Shown here: positions 52,170 to 61,473 of the stretch, in pieces | Position numbering within the stretch: the stretch's first letter is position 1 | Layout of the letters: every line of letters begins with the position of its first letter | NCBI GenBank assembly: GCA_963843795.1 | Contig: CAWJLW010000006.1 | Location: 930,001 to 994,000, forward strand | From: an uncultured bacterium | GTDB taxonomy: Bacteria; Armatimonadota; Abditibacteriia; Abditibacteriales; Abditibacteriaceae | Direction: 5' to 3' | Length of the DNA: 64,000 nt | Position numbers and translations under genes: made by a program | The notes under the pieces: generated by a model | Seen by the model: the letters and a program-made list of their open reading frames with translations, nothing else | Databases searched by the model: none | Told to the model about the DNA's origin: nothing

Positions 52170-53732
52170 ATGCCCAAACCATTAATTGCCATTGTAGGCC
52201 GACCCAATGTCGGCAAAAGCACACTTTTTAACCGATTGGCGCGCAAACGCATCGCCATTACCGAAGATCTCGCGGGAACCACGCGTGACCGTTTATACGC
52301 CGACTGCGACATCTGGGGGCGCACTTGCACCCTTATTGATACCGGCGGATTTGACGTTTACGAGAAAGAAGGCTATGCGCCGATGATTGTCGATCAGGCG
52401 CAGTTGGCCATCGACGAAGCCGATATTATTGTTTTTCTCTTGGATGGACGCGAAGAGCCGACTTCATTGGATTATGAAGTTGCCGATGTTTTGCGCCGCA
52501 CACGCAAGCCCGTGATTGTCGCGGCCAACAAAGTCGATAACCCGAATATGCCGGTCTCGCATCTCAACGATTTGCGCTTGGGAAATCCGGTTTCGGTGTC
52601 GGCATTGGCCGGAAACGGCGTCGCGGAATTGACCGAGATGATCGAAGATTTGCTGCCGCCCGCGCCCAAAGATTTTGGCGACGACGAAGAAAATAAAAGT
52701 CTGAAAGTCGCGTTTATCGGGCGTCCCAATGTCGGCAAAAGTTCGCTGACCAACCATGTTTTAGGCTTCGAGCGCTCGATGGTGAGCGAAGTTCCGGGCA
52801 CCACGCGAGACGCGATTGACACGCATCTGGAATGGAAAAACCAAGAAGTGACGCTGATTGACACAGCAGGAATGCGCCGCAAATCGCGGGTTAAAAGAGA
52901 TGAGACCAGCGTAGAATATCACATGGTTTTGCGCGCCTTGCGCGCCGTAGATCGCGCCGATGTAGCGATTTTGGTGTGCGATAGCGGCGGCATTACCGAC
53001 CAGGACACGAAAATCGCTGGTTACGCGCACGAAGCCGGAAAAGCGGTTTTGATTTGTGTCAATAAATGGGACACGATGGAAGTCGTGCAAGGCAAGCCGA
53101 ACAAAGAAGGTCGTTCGCAAGCGCAAAGCGATTATCTTAAGCAATTGGAAACTTATCTGCCGTTCGTTTCTTATGCGCCCGTGCATTTCACTTCGGCGCA
53201 GAAGGGTTTCGGCGTGGAAAAGATGTTCGATGATGCCTTAGAAATCGCGCGGAATTTGTATGAACGCGTGCCGACCGGAACGCTCAACGATGTGTTGCGC
53301 CGTGCAATTGCCGATCATCCACCGGCGAGTGTTAAAGGCCGCGCGGTGAAGATTCGCTATGCGACGCAGGCCGAAGTCGCGCCTCCGTTGATTATTATCT
53401 TTTCCAATCGGCCAGAAGACGTACATTTTTCGTATGTGCGCTTTTTGGAAAATCGTATTCGCGCCCGTTTTCCGTTCCGTGGTGTGCCCTTAAAGCTCGA
53501 AATGAAGCGCGGTTCGGGCACGCAAACCAAAGAAGAACGCTTGCAGGCACGACGCGAAGCTGGATTGGCGGCGACGGCTCAATCGGACGCCGAACGCGCG
53601 GCACGACGCAAGCGCGGAACAGAAGTGATGGGCGAAGATTGGAGCGACGATTTCGACGATGAAGAAGACGTTGAAATGGTGCAAGTTTACGAAGCGGGCG
53701 ATGACGATCTTGATGACGAAGACGAGGAATAA
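52170..53732 (+). CDS. der: Ribosome biogenesis GTPase Der with acidic C-terminal tail
   Basis: Two GRPNVGKS domains, DTGG/DTAG, NKVD/NKWD and a KH-like domain. Confidence 0.97.
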   Translation: MPKPLIAIVGRPNVGKSTLFNRLARKRIAITEDLAGTTRDRLYADCDIWGRTCTLIDTGGFDVYEKEGYAPMIVDQAQLAIDEADIIVFLLDGREEPTSLDYEVADVLRRTRKPVIVAANKVDNPNMPVSHLNDLRLGNPVSVSALAGNGVAELTEMIEDLLPPAPKDFGDDEENKSLKVAFIGRPNVGKSSLTNHVLGFERSMVSEVPGTTRDAIDTHLEWKNQEVTLIDTAGMRRKSRVKRDETSVEYHMVLRALRAVDRADVAILVCDSGGITDQDTKIAGYAHEAGKAVLICVNKWDTMEVVQGKPNKEGRSQAQSDYLKQLETYLPFVSYAPVHFTSAQKGFGVEKMFDDALEIARNLYERVPTGTLNDVLRRAIADHPPASVKGRAVKIRYATQAEVAPPLIIIFSNRPEDVHFSYVRFLENRIRARFPFRGVPLKLEMKRGSGTQTKEERLQARREAGLAATAQSDAERAARRKRGTEVMGEDWSDDFDDEEDVEMVQVYEAGDDDLDDEDEE

Positions 53733-53795
53733 AGCGTGACACAGGATGCAAGTACTTGCACCGCGCTTTAGTCGGGTTCACTATAATCAAAAGCT

Positions 53796-54428
53796 ATGAA
53801 TTTTTCGGTTATTTTCGCCATCGTTTTGTCTTATCTTTTCGGCGCGATTCCGTTTGGCGTTCTGGTGGGCCGCGCGCGTGGCGTCGATGTGCGCGCAGTC
53901 GGTAGCGGCAATATCGGCACGACGAACGTGTGGCGCACCTTGGGGCCGCTGGCGGGCAGCGTGGTATTTTTGTTGGATGTGGCCAAAGGTTGGGCCGGGC
54001 CGCTATTCGCGCACGCTCTGGCTGGCGATGAGGCCAATATCAAAGCGGTTTGCGCTGTGGTCGCGGTGCTGGGCCACACTTTTTCGATTTTTCTGCGCGG
54101 TGGTGGTGGCAAAGGTATCGCGACAGCGTTTGGCGCTTTGCTGGGCTTGTCGCCGATTGTCGGCGTGACGGTCGGCGCGACGTGGGCGATTGTGCTGGCA
54201 TTGACCAAATATGTTTCGGTGGCTTCGATTGTCGCGGCGATTTTAGTTCTGGTTTTACCGCTGTTGTTGAAGCTGCCGACAGCGTATGTCATCGTAATGA
54301 TGATAATGGGCGTGCTGGCGATTGTAAAGCACAAGAGCAACCTCGAGCGTTTGCGACGGGGCACCGAGCCGAAAATTGGCGGCAAAAAAGCCGATACGCC
54401 CAGCAGCAAAGCCAATGCGCGCTGGTGA
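53796..54428 (+). CDS. plsY: Glycerol-3-phosphate acyltransferase PlsY
   Basis: GSGNIGTTN, GGKGIAT and HKSNLERL. Confidence 0.96.
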   Translation: MNFSVIFAIVLSYLFGAIPFGVLVGRARGVDVRAVGSGNIGTTNVWRTLGPLAGSVVFLLDVAKGWAGPLFAHALAGDEANIKAVCAVVAVLGHTFSIFLRGGGGKGIATAFGALLGLSPIVGVTVGATWAIVLALTKYVSVASIVAAILVLVLPLLLKLPTAYVIVMMIMGVLAIVKHKSNLERLRRGTEPKIGGKKADTPSSKANARW

Positions 54429-54491
54429 AATGACGAAAAACCACTTGGCAAGTACTTGCCAGGCAATTCGAGCGATAAAGCGGAAGTTTTG

Positions 54492-55487
54492 ATGAGTGAA
54501 ATTGTGGCGGTTTTGGGTGCGGGCAGTTGGGGCACAGCGCTGGCTGATTTGAGTCGCAGGCGCGGTTTGGAAACCCGTTTATGGGCTCGCGATGCCAATC
54601 TTGTGGCCGATCTTCATCACGACGGTCGTAACCAGAAATATTTGCCGGGTGCGGCGCTGGACGAAGTGCTAATTTCATCGTCGCTCAAAGAAATTCTACG
54701 CGACGCGCGTTTCGTGATGTGCGCGGTTCCGTGTGCAGGCGTGGCCGATTTGGCGCGCGAAGTGGCACCGCTTTTAGAAAAAAATGCCTTGATTATTAGC
54801 GGCACCAAAGGTTTAGCGCCCGATGATGGTGCGCGTGGTGAACAATTGTGGGTGCGCCACGCCGACTTGCCATCACAGCGCTATACGGCATTGAGCGGGC
54901 CAAATTTGGCCCGCGAAATGGTAGCTGGCGTGCCGACTTCGAGTGTCATCGCTTCGACTGCCATTGAAAGCGCCCAAGCGGCGCAGGAAGCGTTTTCCAG
55001 CGAAACCTTTCGTATTTATACCAACGATGATTTGGTTGGTGTGGAAATGGGTGGTGCTTTGAAAAATATCGTGGCGATTGCAGCGGGAATTTGCGATGGA
55101 TTGGGCTTTGGTGACAATTCCAAAGCCGCGCTAATGACGCGTGCGTGGCACGAAATGACGCGGCTCAGCGTGGCTCTGGGCGCGCGCGAAAGTACTTTAT
55201 ATGGCTTAAGCGGTGTCGGCGATTTGATGGCGACGTGTATGTCGCCGCATTCGCGTAACCACAAGCTGGGCTGTTATCTGGGGCGCGGAGAAAATTTGCT
55301 CGATGCGCAGCACGAAGTATCGCAAGTCGCTGAAGGCGTTCACACAACGCGTGCGGCATTGCAGTTGGCGATTGCGACCGGCGTCGAACTGCCGGTCACG
55401 CAGCAGTTGGCGAAAGTTTTGTTTGAAGGTCACGAAGTGAAACGCGCGGTAAACGAGCTAATGAATCGACAGTGGCGTGGCGAATGA
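54492..55487 (+). CDS. gpsA: NAD(P)H-dependent glycerol-3-phosphate dehydrogenase
   Basis: GAGSWGTALA, SGPNLA, GGALKNIVAIAAG and GDLMATC...SRN. Confidence 0.96.
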   Translation: MSEIVAVLGAGSWGTALADLSRRRGLETRLWARDANLVADLHHDGRNQKYLPGAALDEVLISSSLKEILRDARFVMCAVPCAGVADLAREVAPLLEKNALIISGTKGLAPDDGARGEQLWVRHADLPSQRYTALSGPNLAREMVAGVPTSSVIASTAIESAQAAQEAFSSETFRIYTNDDLVGVEMGGALKNIVAIAAGICDGLGFGDNSKAALMTRAWHEMTRLSVALGARESTLYGLSGVGDLMATCMSPHSRNHKLGCYLGRGENLLDAQHEVSQVAEGVHTTRAALQLAIATGVELPVTQQLAKVLFEGHEVKRAVNELMNRQWRGE

Positions 55488-55653
55488 AAGATTTTGCCGA
55501 AGAAAATTGCCGAAATCGCGAAAAAACGTGGAAAAATCGTTGTGGAGCGTGCTTTTCTGGCAAAAACGTGCCATAATTTAGCCGTTCCCCAAAGTGTTGG
55601 TTTAGTTTTGGTTGTTGTATTTAGCCGTTACTCTCAGGAGGGTTTTCAACGTT

Positions 55654-56061
55654 ATGGCTACACAGGAAAAAGCAGGGCCGATGACACGCGCCGATATTGC
55701 CGGAGCGGTGGCTGCCAAAATGTCCGTCACGCTCAAGCAGGCCGATGAAATGGTGCGCGAATACGAAGCCGCGATTGTGCGCGCGCTGGTTTCAGGCCAG
55801 GAAGTGCGCTTGAATGGATTCGGCGTTTTCAAGTTGCAGCATCGCGAAGCGCGCATGGCGCGCAACCCGCGCACCGGCGAGCAACAGCCCGTCGATGCCA
55901 AAACTGTCCCCAAATTTCAGCCGTCCAAAACCATGAAGGATGCGCTGATCCAAGACGATGGCGCCAAAGCCAAGCCTAAAGCTGCCGCAGCCAAAGCCAA
56001 GCCTGCTGCCAAAGCCAAAGCGCCCGCTAAAACCGCTGCTAAAGCCAAAAAAACCAAATAA
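55654..56061 (+). CDS. hup: HU-family DNA-binding protein with Lys/Ala/Pro-rich tail
   Basis: GFGVF and ARNPRTGE; C-terminal AKAKPKAAAAKAKPAAKAK; AGGAGG upstream. Confidence 0.93.
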   Translation: MATQEKAGPMTRADIAGAVAAKMSVTLKQADEMVREYEAAIVRALVSGQEVRLNGFGVFKLQHREARMARNPRTGEQQPVDAKTVPKFQPSKTMKDALIQDDGAKAKPKAAAAKAKPAAKAKAPAKTAAKAKKTK

Positions 56062-56085
56062 TCCACGAGCAAAAATGCCAAGAAT

Positions 56086-56117
56086 AAAAAGCCGCAGCGG
56101 AATCGCTGCGGCTTTTT
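56086..56117. terminator. Bidirectional intrinsic terminator
   Basis: aaaaagccgcagcg-gaat-cgctgcggcttttt. Confidence 0.85.
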
Positions 56118-56158
56118 GTTTTGCTTGATTTGAGGCCGCAAGTACTTGCGGCCTGTTT

Positions 56159-56983
56159 TTAATGTCCATGAGGCGCTAAAAAGCGCACCGCAAGTGCAAA
56201 GGCATAGCCGACAATTGTCGCTGCGGTGATTTTCCAGCCCTCATCGTCGGCGTGGGCTTCTGGCAACAAATCGCACGCGGCGACATATAAAAAGCTGCCG
56301 CCTGCCACGCCCAAAACAACGCCTTGTGTCGCTTCATCGACCGGTAAAACCCAGTGATAAAACAAAACGCCAATCACGATGAACGAGGCTGAAATCAAAG
56401 TCGAAACCAAAACGCGCGAGCGTTCGCGGCCCGCGCGCAGCATGATCGCGCCCAAACTTAAGCCCACTGCCATTTGGTGCAGCACAATCGCCAGAACCAC
56501 TACTAAACCCACGGTTTGCGAAACTGTGAACGCAGCGGCAGTTGTCAGACCGTCGGCGAAATTATGCACGCTCATACCAGCCAATGCTACCGTATCGGCA
56601 TGACCGTGTGATGTGGCGTGAATGTGAGAATGCGCATGTGAATGCTCCGAAGGTTCGGGTTCGGGATGCAGATGCGCAGCGGGTGAATCGCTGTCATCAA
56701 TTTCGCAATTGCGATGGCGACAGGTGTGAAAATGCGTTAAACGTTCGGCTAAATACAACGCCAGAAATCCCAATCCCGCGCCGCTCATGGCGCGCGTCGC
56801 GTTCTTCTCCAGCGCTTCGGGCAGCAGTTCGTGCAGCGCGGTCGCCAGCATCAAACCCGCCGAAAAACCGATCAACAAGCCCAAACGCGAGGCGAATAAG
56901 CGAGAACGCAAAACCGGCAGCGTCGGTAACGCCGCGCCCAGCACAAGGGAAAACATCGCAAATAAAGCCAGCCAGAATGCCAT
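56159..56983 (-). CDS. ZIP family metal transporter
   Basis: His-rich loop, HNFADG and GSFLYVAACDLLPE. Confidence 0.92.
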   Translation of the reverse strand: MAFWLALFAMFSLVLGAALPTLPVLRSRLFASRLGLLIGFSAGLMLATALHELLPEALEKNATRAMSGAGLGFLALYLAERLTHFHTCRHRNCEIDDSDSPAAHLHPEPEPSEHSHAHSHIHATSHGHADTVALAGMSVHNFADGLTTAAAFTVSQTVGLVVVLAIVLHQMAVGLSLGAIMLRAGRERSRVLVSTLISASFIVIGVLFYHWVLPVDEATQGVVLGVAGGSFLYVAACDLLPEAHADDEGWKITAATIVGYAFALAVRFLAPHGH

Positions 56984-57094
56984 AGAAAATTAAAACGAAA
57001 CAAGAAAACGGGCCTGCAAGTACTTGCAGGCCCGAATAGTATCCAAAATTACCGACTTCTTTATACCGCAAGTTAGTTGCAGCAGACAGTTTGA

Positions 57095-57880
57095 TCAAGC
57101 TGCAGGTATGACATTCGCGCTCAAAACATCTTCGCTCGCCAGCGCTTCGCGCTGTGCCTGCGCCAGCGAGGGCCCGACGACAATGCCGCGATCTTTTTGA
57201 ATCGAGTAGGTATATTCGACTAGATCCGTTGGCGTACCGCGCATTTTGCGTACGAACATCGTGCGCGCGTGCTGTCCATCGGCCAGCTTGTTCAAGCGCA
57301 GCGCAATCACGCCCGAAACCATAAATTCCTCGACGCCCATTTCGCTGCCCGGCAAAGTCCACGGTGAAGAATGCGAGTTCATAATCGTGGTCACACCCAA
57401 GTTGTCATCGATGCCAAAAATCAATTTGCGAATATATTCCTGCACATCATACATGCGGTCGGAATGCAAAACCAGAGGCACAATCGGGTCAATGACGACG
57501 CGCTTGGCACCAATGCGGCGCACTTGTTTCGACAAATCTTGAAGGACTTCGTTGGCATCGACGGCATTAGTTTTCGAGTTGCGCACCCAGTTGAAGTAAG
57601 GCGAAACGTCCAGCAACATCAAGCGCCCTTCATCGGCAGGCGTGCGCAAATCCCAGCCAAGCGTTTCGATGTCCTCGATCATGTGGCTGGGCTTTTCGTC
57701 AATGGAAATGAAGATGCCATTTTCGCCGCGCTTCAAGCCTTCCTGAATGAACTGCGCACCGAAGGTGGTCTTACCGGTTCCAGGCGGGCCGGAAACCAGA
57801 TAACTTTTGCCTTGTGGCAAACCGCCTTGCAGCATTTCGTCCAATTTTTCGATGCCGGTCGGCACCCGTTCTCGGGCCAT
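57095..57880 (-). CDS. Single-domain KaiC/RAD55-like RecA-superfamily ATPase
   Basis: TGIEKLDEMLQGG, GPPGTGKT, RVVID and RKMRGT. Confidence 0.9.
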   Translation of the reverse strand: MARERVPTGIEKLDEMLQGGLPQGKSYLVSGPPGTGKTTFGAQFIQEGLKRGENGIFISIDEKPSHMIEDIETLGWDLRTPADEGRLMLLDVSPYFNWVRNSKTNAVDANEVLQDLSKQVRRIGAKRVVIDPIVPLVLHSDRMYDVQEYIRKLIFGIDDNLGVTTIMNSHSSPWTLPGSEMGVEEFMVSGVIALRLNKLADGQHARTMFVRKMRGTPTDLVEYTYSIQKDRGIVVGPSLAQAQREALASEDVLSANVIPAA

Positions 57881-58014
57881 AATTCAATTCCTTTTGTCTT
57901 CCATTTCGCGCTAAATCTTCAAAACTTCTTAAAAATGTAGAGGATTTTGCAAATAAACCACCCTGCAAGTACTTGCAGGTCTTTGCGCTGAATTTCTACA
58001 GCTCTATGCGAACT

Positions 58015-60306
58015 TTAAATTTTCTCCAACGGCGCGAAGGAAACCGCCAGCTTTTTCTTGCCGACATCAGCGCTCAAAAACGCGACTTCGGCCCATTCGC
58101 TTGCTCCGCCGCTGGGCGAAGTGGCTGTTACAACGCCTTCGCCAAACGTCGGATGTTTCACCCGATCACCCACGCGGAACTTGGTTTCTACTTCGACACG
58201 TGCCGAGGAAGAGCCGTTGGAAACTGGAGTGTTGCCGCTGGTCGAGCGCGGCCCATAACGGCTGCGTTCGGGCGCGTCCCAACGTGTGGCGTAACTTTGC
58301 ACGCTACCACCACGAGCCAGTCCGCTTTTGTCCAGCAGATGTTGAGGCAATTCGTCCATGAACTGCGAGGGCTGTGTCGATTCCGTCCGTCCGTGCAGCG
58401 TGCGCTGCGTGGCATAAGTCAAAATCGCCTGCGATTGCGCTCGGGTTAACCCAACATAGCACAAACGGCGCTCTTCTTCTAAGTCGTCAGCGCTGGCATT
58501 TTCGCCCCACAGAGCGCGCGCGTGTGGAAGCAACCCTTGCTCCATGCCGACCATGAATACAACCGGAAATTCCAGCCCTTTGGCCGAATGCAAAGTCATC
58601 AGCGAAGCTGCGTCGTCGGCATCGCTGCCACTTTCGCGTCCGCTTTCCAATGCCGAAGATTCCAAAAACAAGCCCAGATAGGGCGCTTTTTCCATCGCGC
58701 TGCCGCCTTCGGCTTCCAACTGAGTCCAATCTTCTGCGCTCATGCGTTCGTCGAAATCATTGGCGGCGGCGATGAATTCTTCAACGTTCGCGATGCGATC
58801 ATTGCCGTTGCCGGTTTTCTCGCCGCGCAGAAATTCGTAGTAGTCAGTCAAGTAAACCACGCTTTCCAAAATCTCGACGACCGTGGTTGCCTTCCCCAAA
58901 CGCTCTTGTAATTGTTCCATTAAACGCCGCAACGATTCCAATTTCGCATCGATCACGCGCCCAAGTACTTCTGGTCCGCTGTGCATAATGGTTTCCAAAA
59001 GCGACAGCCCGCTTTCGCGCGCAATAGAACGCAATTTCTCAACTGTTGTCGCGCCGATACCGCGCGGCGGAACGTTGATAATGCGCGCCATCGCCAGATC
59101 ATCGTTGGGGTTGTAAAGAACTTTGAGATAGGAAACGATGTCGCGGATTTCTTTGCGGTCGTAAAACCGCTGAGTGCCAACCAATTTTAACGGCAAACGC
59201 GCGCGCATAAACGCTTCTTCAAAGGGCCGACTTTGCGCATTGACGCGGCACAAAATCGCAAAATCGCTGGCTTTTAAACCACGCTCGCGCTGCAATAATT
59301 CGATTTGCCGCACCACCCAAAGGGCTTCTTCCTGTGCATTGGCCGCACCATGCACTAAAACTTGCGCGCCGCCAGAAGTGTCCGTCCATAAACGTTTGGC
59401 CTTGCGCCCAAAATTGTTGGAAATTACGCCATAAGCCGCGTCCAAAATGTTCTGCGTCGAACGATAATTTTGCTCTAAACGAATCACTTCGGCATCGGGA
59501 TATTGATGCTCGAAATCCAAAATTATCTTGACGTCGGCTCCGCGCCAGGCGTATATTGACTGATCGTCGTCGCCCACGACACAAATATTGCGGTGTTTGG
59601 CGGCCAGCATTTTCGCCCACTCGAATTGCGCCTGGTTCACGTCTTGGAATTCGTCGATCAAAACGTGCAAAAAGCGGTCGCTCCAATAAGTGCGCGATTC
59701 TTCGCTTTCGCGCAAAAGCCGCACGGCTTGCCCGATCAAATCATCGAAGTCGAGGGCGTGCGCGGCTTGCAAACGTTTTTGGTAATGCTCGTAAACGCGC
59801 GCGGTGGTTTTTTGCAGCGGCCCAGCGGCACTTTGGGCGAACTGTTCGGGGGTTTGCAGATTATTTTTCGCATCAGAAATGCGACCCAGCAGTCGCGCGG
59901 GCGGGTAGCGGTCGGAACTAAGATCGAGTTCTTTGGCGATTTCTTTGATCAAACGCAATTGGTCGTCGCTGTCGAAAATGACGAAGCGCGGGTCGAGGCC
60001 AATGTGGTGGCCGTGAATGCGCAGCAGTTGGGCGCTCATGGCGTGGAAAGTGCCGACCCACAAGCGACCGGCTTCTTTGCCGATGAGTTCTTGCAAACGC
60101 TCGCGCATTTCTCGCGCGGCTTTGTTGGTGAAGGTGACGGCGAGAATGCGGCCCGCATTGACACCACGTTCGAGCACGAGATGGGCAATGCGATGAGTGA
60201 GAGTGCGGGTTTTGCCGGAACCGGCACCGGCGAAAATGAGAAGCGGGCCGTTTTCGTGTTCGACGGCGGCGCGTTGCGGCTCGTTGAGACCGGACAAAAG
60301 ATTCAT
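58015..60306 (-). CDS. pcrA: ATP-dependent DNA helicase PcrA/UvrD
   Basis: AGAGSGKT, DEFQD, VGDDDQSIY, QNYRS, TLHSAKGLEF, EEERRLCYVG and a C-terminal Tudor-like domain. Confidence 0.96.
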   Translation of the reverse strand: MNLLSGLNEPQRAAVEHENGPLLIFAGAGSGKTRTLTHRIAHLVLERGVNAGRILAVTFTNKAAREMRERLQELIGKEAGRLWVGTFHAMSAQLLRIHGHHIGLDPRFVIFDSDDQLRLIKEIAKELDLSSDRYPPARLLGRISDAKNNLQTPEQFAQSAAGPLQKTTARVYEHYQKRLQAAHALDFDDLIGQAVRLLRESEESRTYWSDRFLHVLIDEFQDVNQAQFEWAKMLAAKHRNICVVGDDDQSIYAWRGADVKIILDFEHQYPDAEVIRLEQNYRSTQNILDAAYGVISNNFGRKAKRLWTDTSGGAQVLVHGAANAQEEALWVVRQIELLQRERGLKASDFAILCRVNAQSRPFEEAFMRARLPLKLVGTQRFYDRKEIRDIVSYLKVLYNPNDDLAMARIINVPPRGIGATTVEKLRSIARESGLSLLETIMHSGPEVLGRVIDAKLESLRRLMEQLQERLGKATTVVEILESVVYLTDYYEFLRGEKTGNGNDRIANVEEFIAAANDFDERMSAEDWTQLEAEGGSAMEKAPYLGLFLESSALESGRESGSDADDAASLMTLHSAKGLEFPVVFMVGMEQGLLPHARALWGENASADDLEEERRLCYVGLTRAQSQAILTYATQRTLHGRTESTQPSQFMDELPQHLLDKSGLARGGSVQSYATRWDAPERSRYGPRSTSGNTPVSNGSSSARVEVETKFRVGDRVKHPTFGEGVVTATSPSGGASEWAEVAFLSADVGKKKLAVSFAPLEKI

Positions 60307-60429
60307 GAAAACAAAATCGTAGGGCTAAAACTGGATGTGCAAGTACTTGCTATGTGCCTCAGCACTGGCAAACAAATTCGCGGCAGGAAGGCTGGTGCCC
60401 TTCTGCCGCGAATCGACGCTGTGCGAATG

Positions 60430-61296
60430 TTATTCGGGGCGCGGAATTGGCGATTCTCCGCCACCGCTGCTCCCGCTGCTGCGTTCGGGACGTGGAATCG
60501 GCGATTCACTCGTGCTGCGTTCGGGACGTGGCGCACTGCGCACTGGCGGTCGCGACCCCGAACTGGAAGAAGATGAACGGCTGGCACGGTCGCCCGAACT
60601 GGAACTCGAGCTACCTGAACCCGAACCACTCGACGAACTATCGCCAGAAGACGATGCGCTGCGCGTCGAACGCGATGGCGTATCGCTTGAACTGGAAGCG
60701 TAACCGCTCGAATCGTCGCTGGACGAGCTGTCGGTGCGGCTGGGCGTGTCGGACGAAGTTGTGGCCGTGCTGGGTGGCGATGCGCTTGTCGTACGCGTGC
60801 GGCGTCGGCGTCGGCGACGTGTAGGCTCGGCGCGGGCATTATCGCGCGAACGCATACCCGAAGAATCATCGAATTCACGCTCGCCCAGCGGTCCGGAGGC
60901 GGAACTGTTATCGGAATCGTTGCTATCGGAGTTGCTGCCCGAGCTATTGCTATCGTTGCGACTGCGCGAGGCCGAAAGCGAAGAAGTCGGAACGCTGGGC
61001 TTAGGATTAATTTCGCGCGCGCGTTCTTTGAGCACTTCGGTCGGCGGCGGCGGCGGCCCGGCACCCGCTGATTCGGCGGGCAGAACCTCGACATCGACGC
61101 GCGGCGGCCCTTCTTTGATGCTGTTCTGGCGCGTCACACTGGTGTTGATAGAGGCGGTGGTGGCTTTGTTGTCCTTGTCACTCAAACTGGAGCCGAACAA
61201 TTTGCTGCTGAGAATATAACGCCCGAAAGCGTAGGAACCGTAACCTAAAGTGCCCAGCAAAGCCAACACAATAACGAGGCGTTTGAGAAACTTCAT
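60430..61296 (-). CDS. Membrane-anchored Ser/Arg-rich intrinsically disordered protein
   Basis: N-terminal signal anchor, a poly-Pro run, a poly-Arg run, Ser-rich tracts and a duplicated ESPIPRPE. Confidence 0.7.
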   Translation of the reverse strand: MKFLKRLVIVLALLGTLGYGSYAFGRYILSSKLFGSSLSDKDNKATTASINTSVTRQNSIKEGPPRVDVEVLPAESAGAGPPPPPTEVLKERAREINPKPSVPTSSLSASRSRNDSNSSGSNSDSNDSDNSSASGPLGEREFDDSSGMRSRDNARAEPTRRRRRRRTRTTSASPPSTATTSSDTPSRTDSSSSDDSSGYASSSSDTPSRSTRSASSSGDSSSSGSGSGSSSSSSGDRASRSSSSSSGSRPPVRSAPRPERSTSESPIPRPERSSGSSGGGESPIPRPE

Positions 61297-61473
61297 ACAT
61301 ATAAGCGTAGCACGACTGCGCTTAATCGCCCACAACATCACCTGCAAATACTTGCCGCTACTTGCCACCAAAATCCGTCGGCAATTTCGCACTCATCGAA
61401 AGCGACCCATTAGAAAATTAGGTTCTCTATCGGGTCGTTTTCACAAATTACGCGGCAAGTACTTGCAAACGGT

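Noticed and set aside
53748..53787. The TTGCA half of the motif acting as a -35 element
   Set aside because: Spacing to the nearby -10 boxes is inconsistent (20 bp at plsY, 15 bp at pcrA, much shorter at GH26), and many copies lie between convergent genes.
50443..55487. DUF512-der-plsY-gpsA cluster as a novel system
   Set aside because: This is a known conserved housekeeping gene order.
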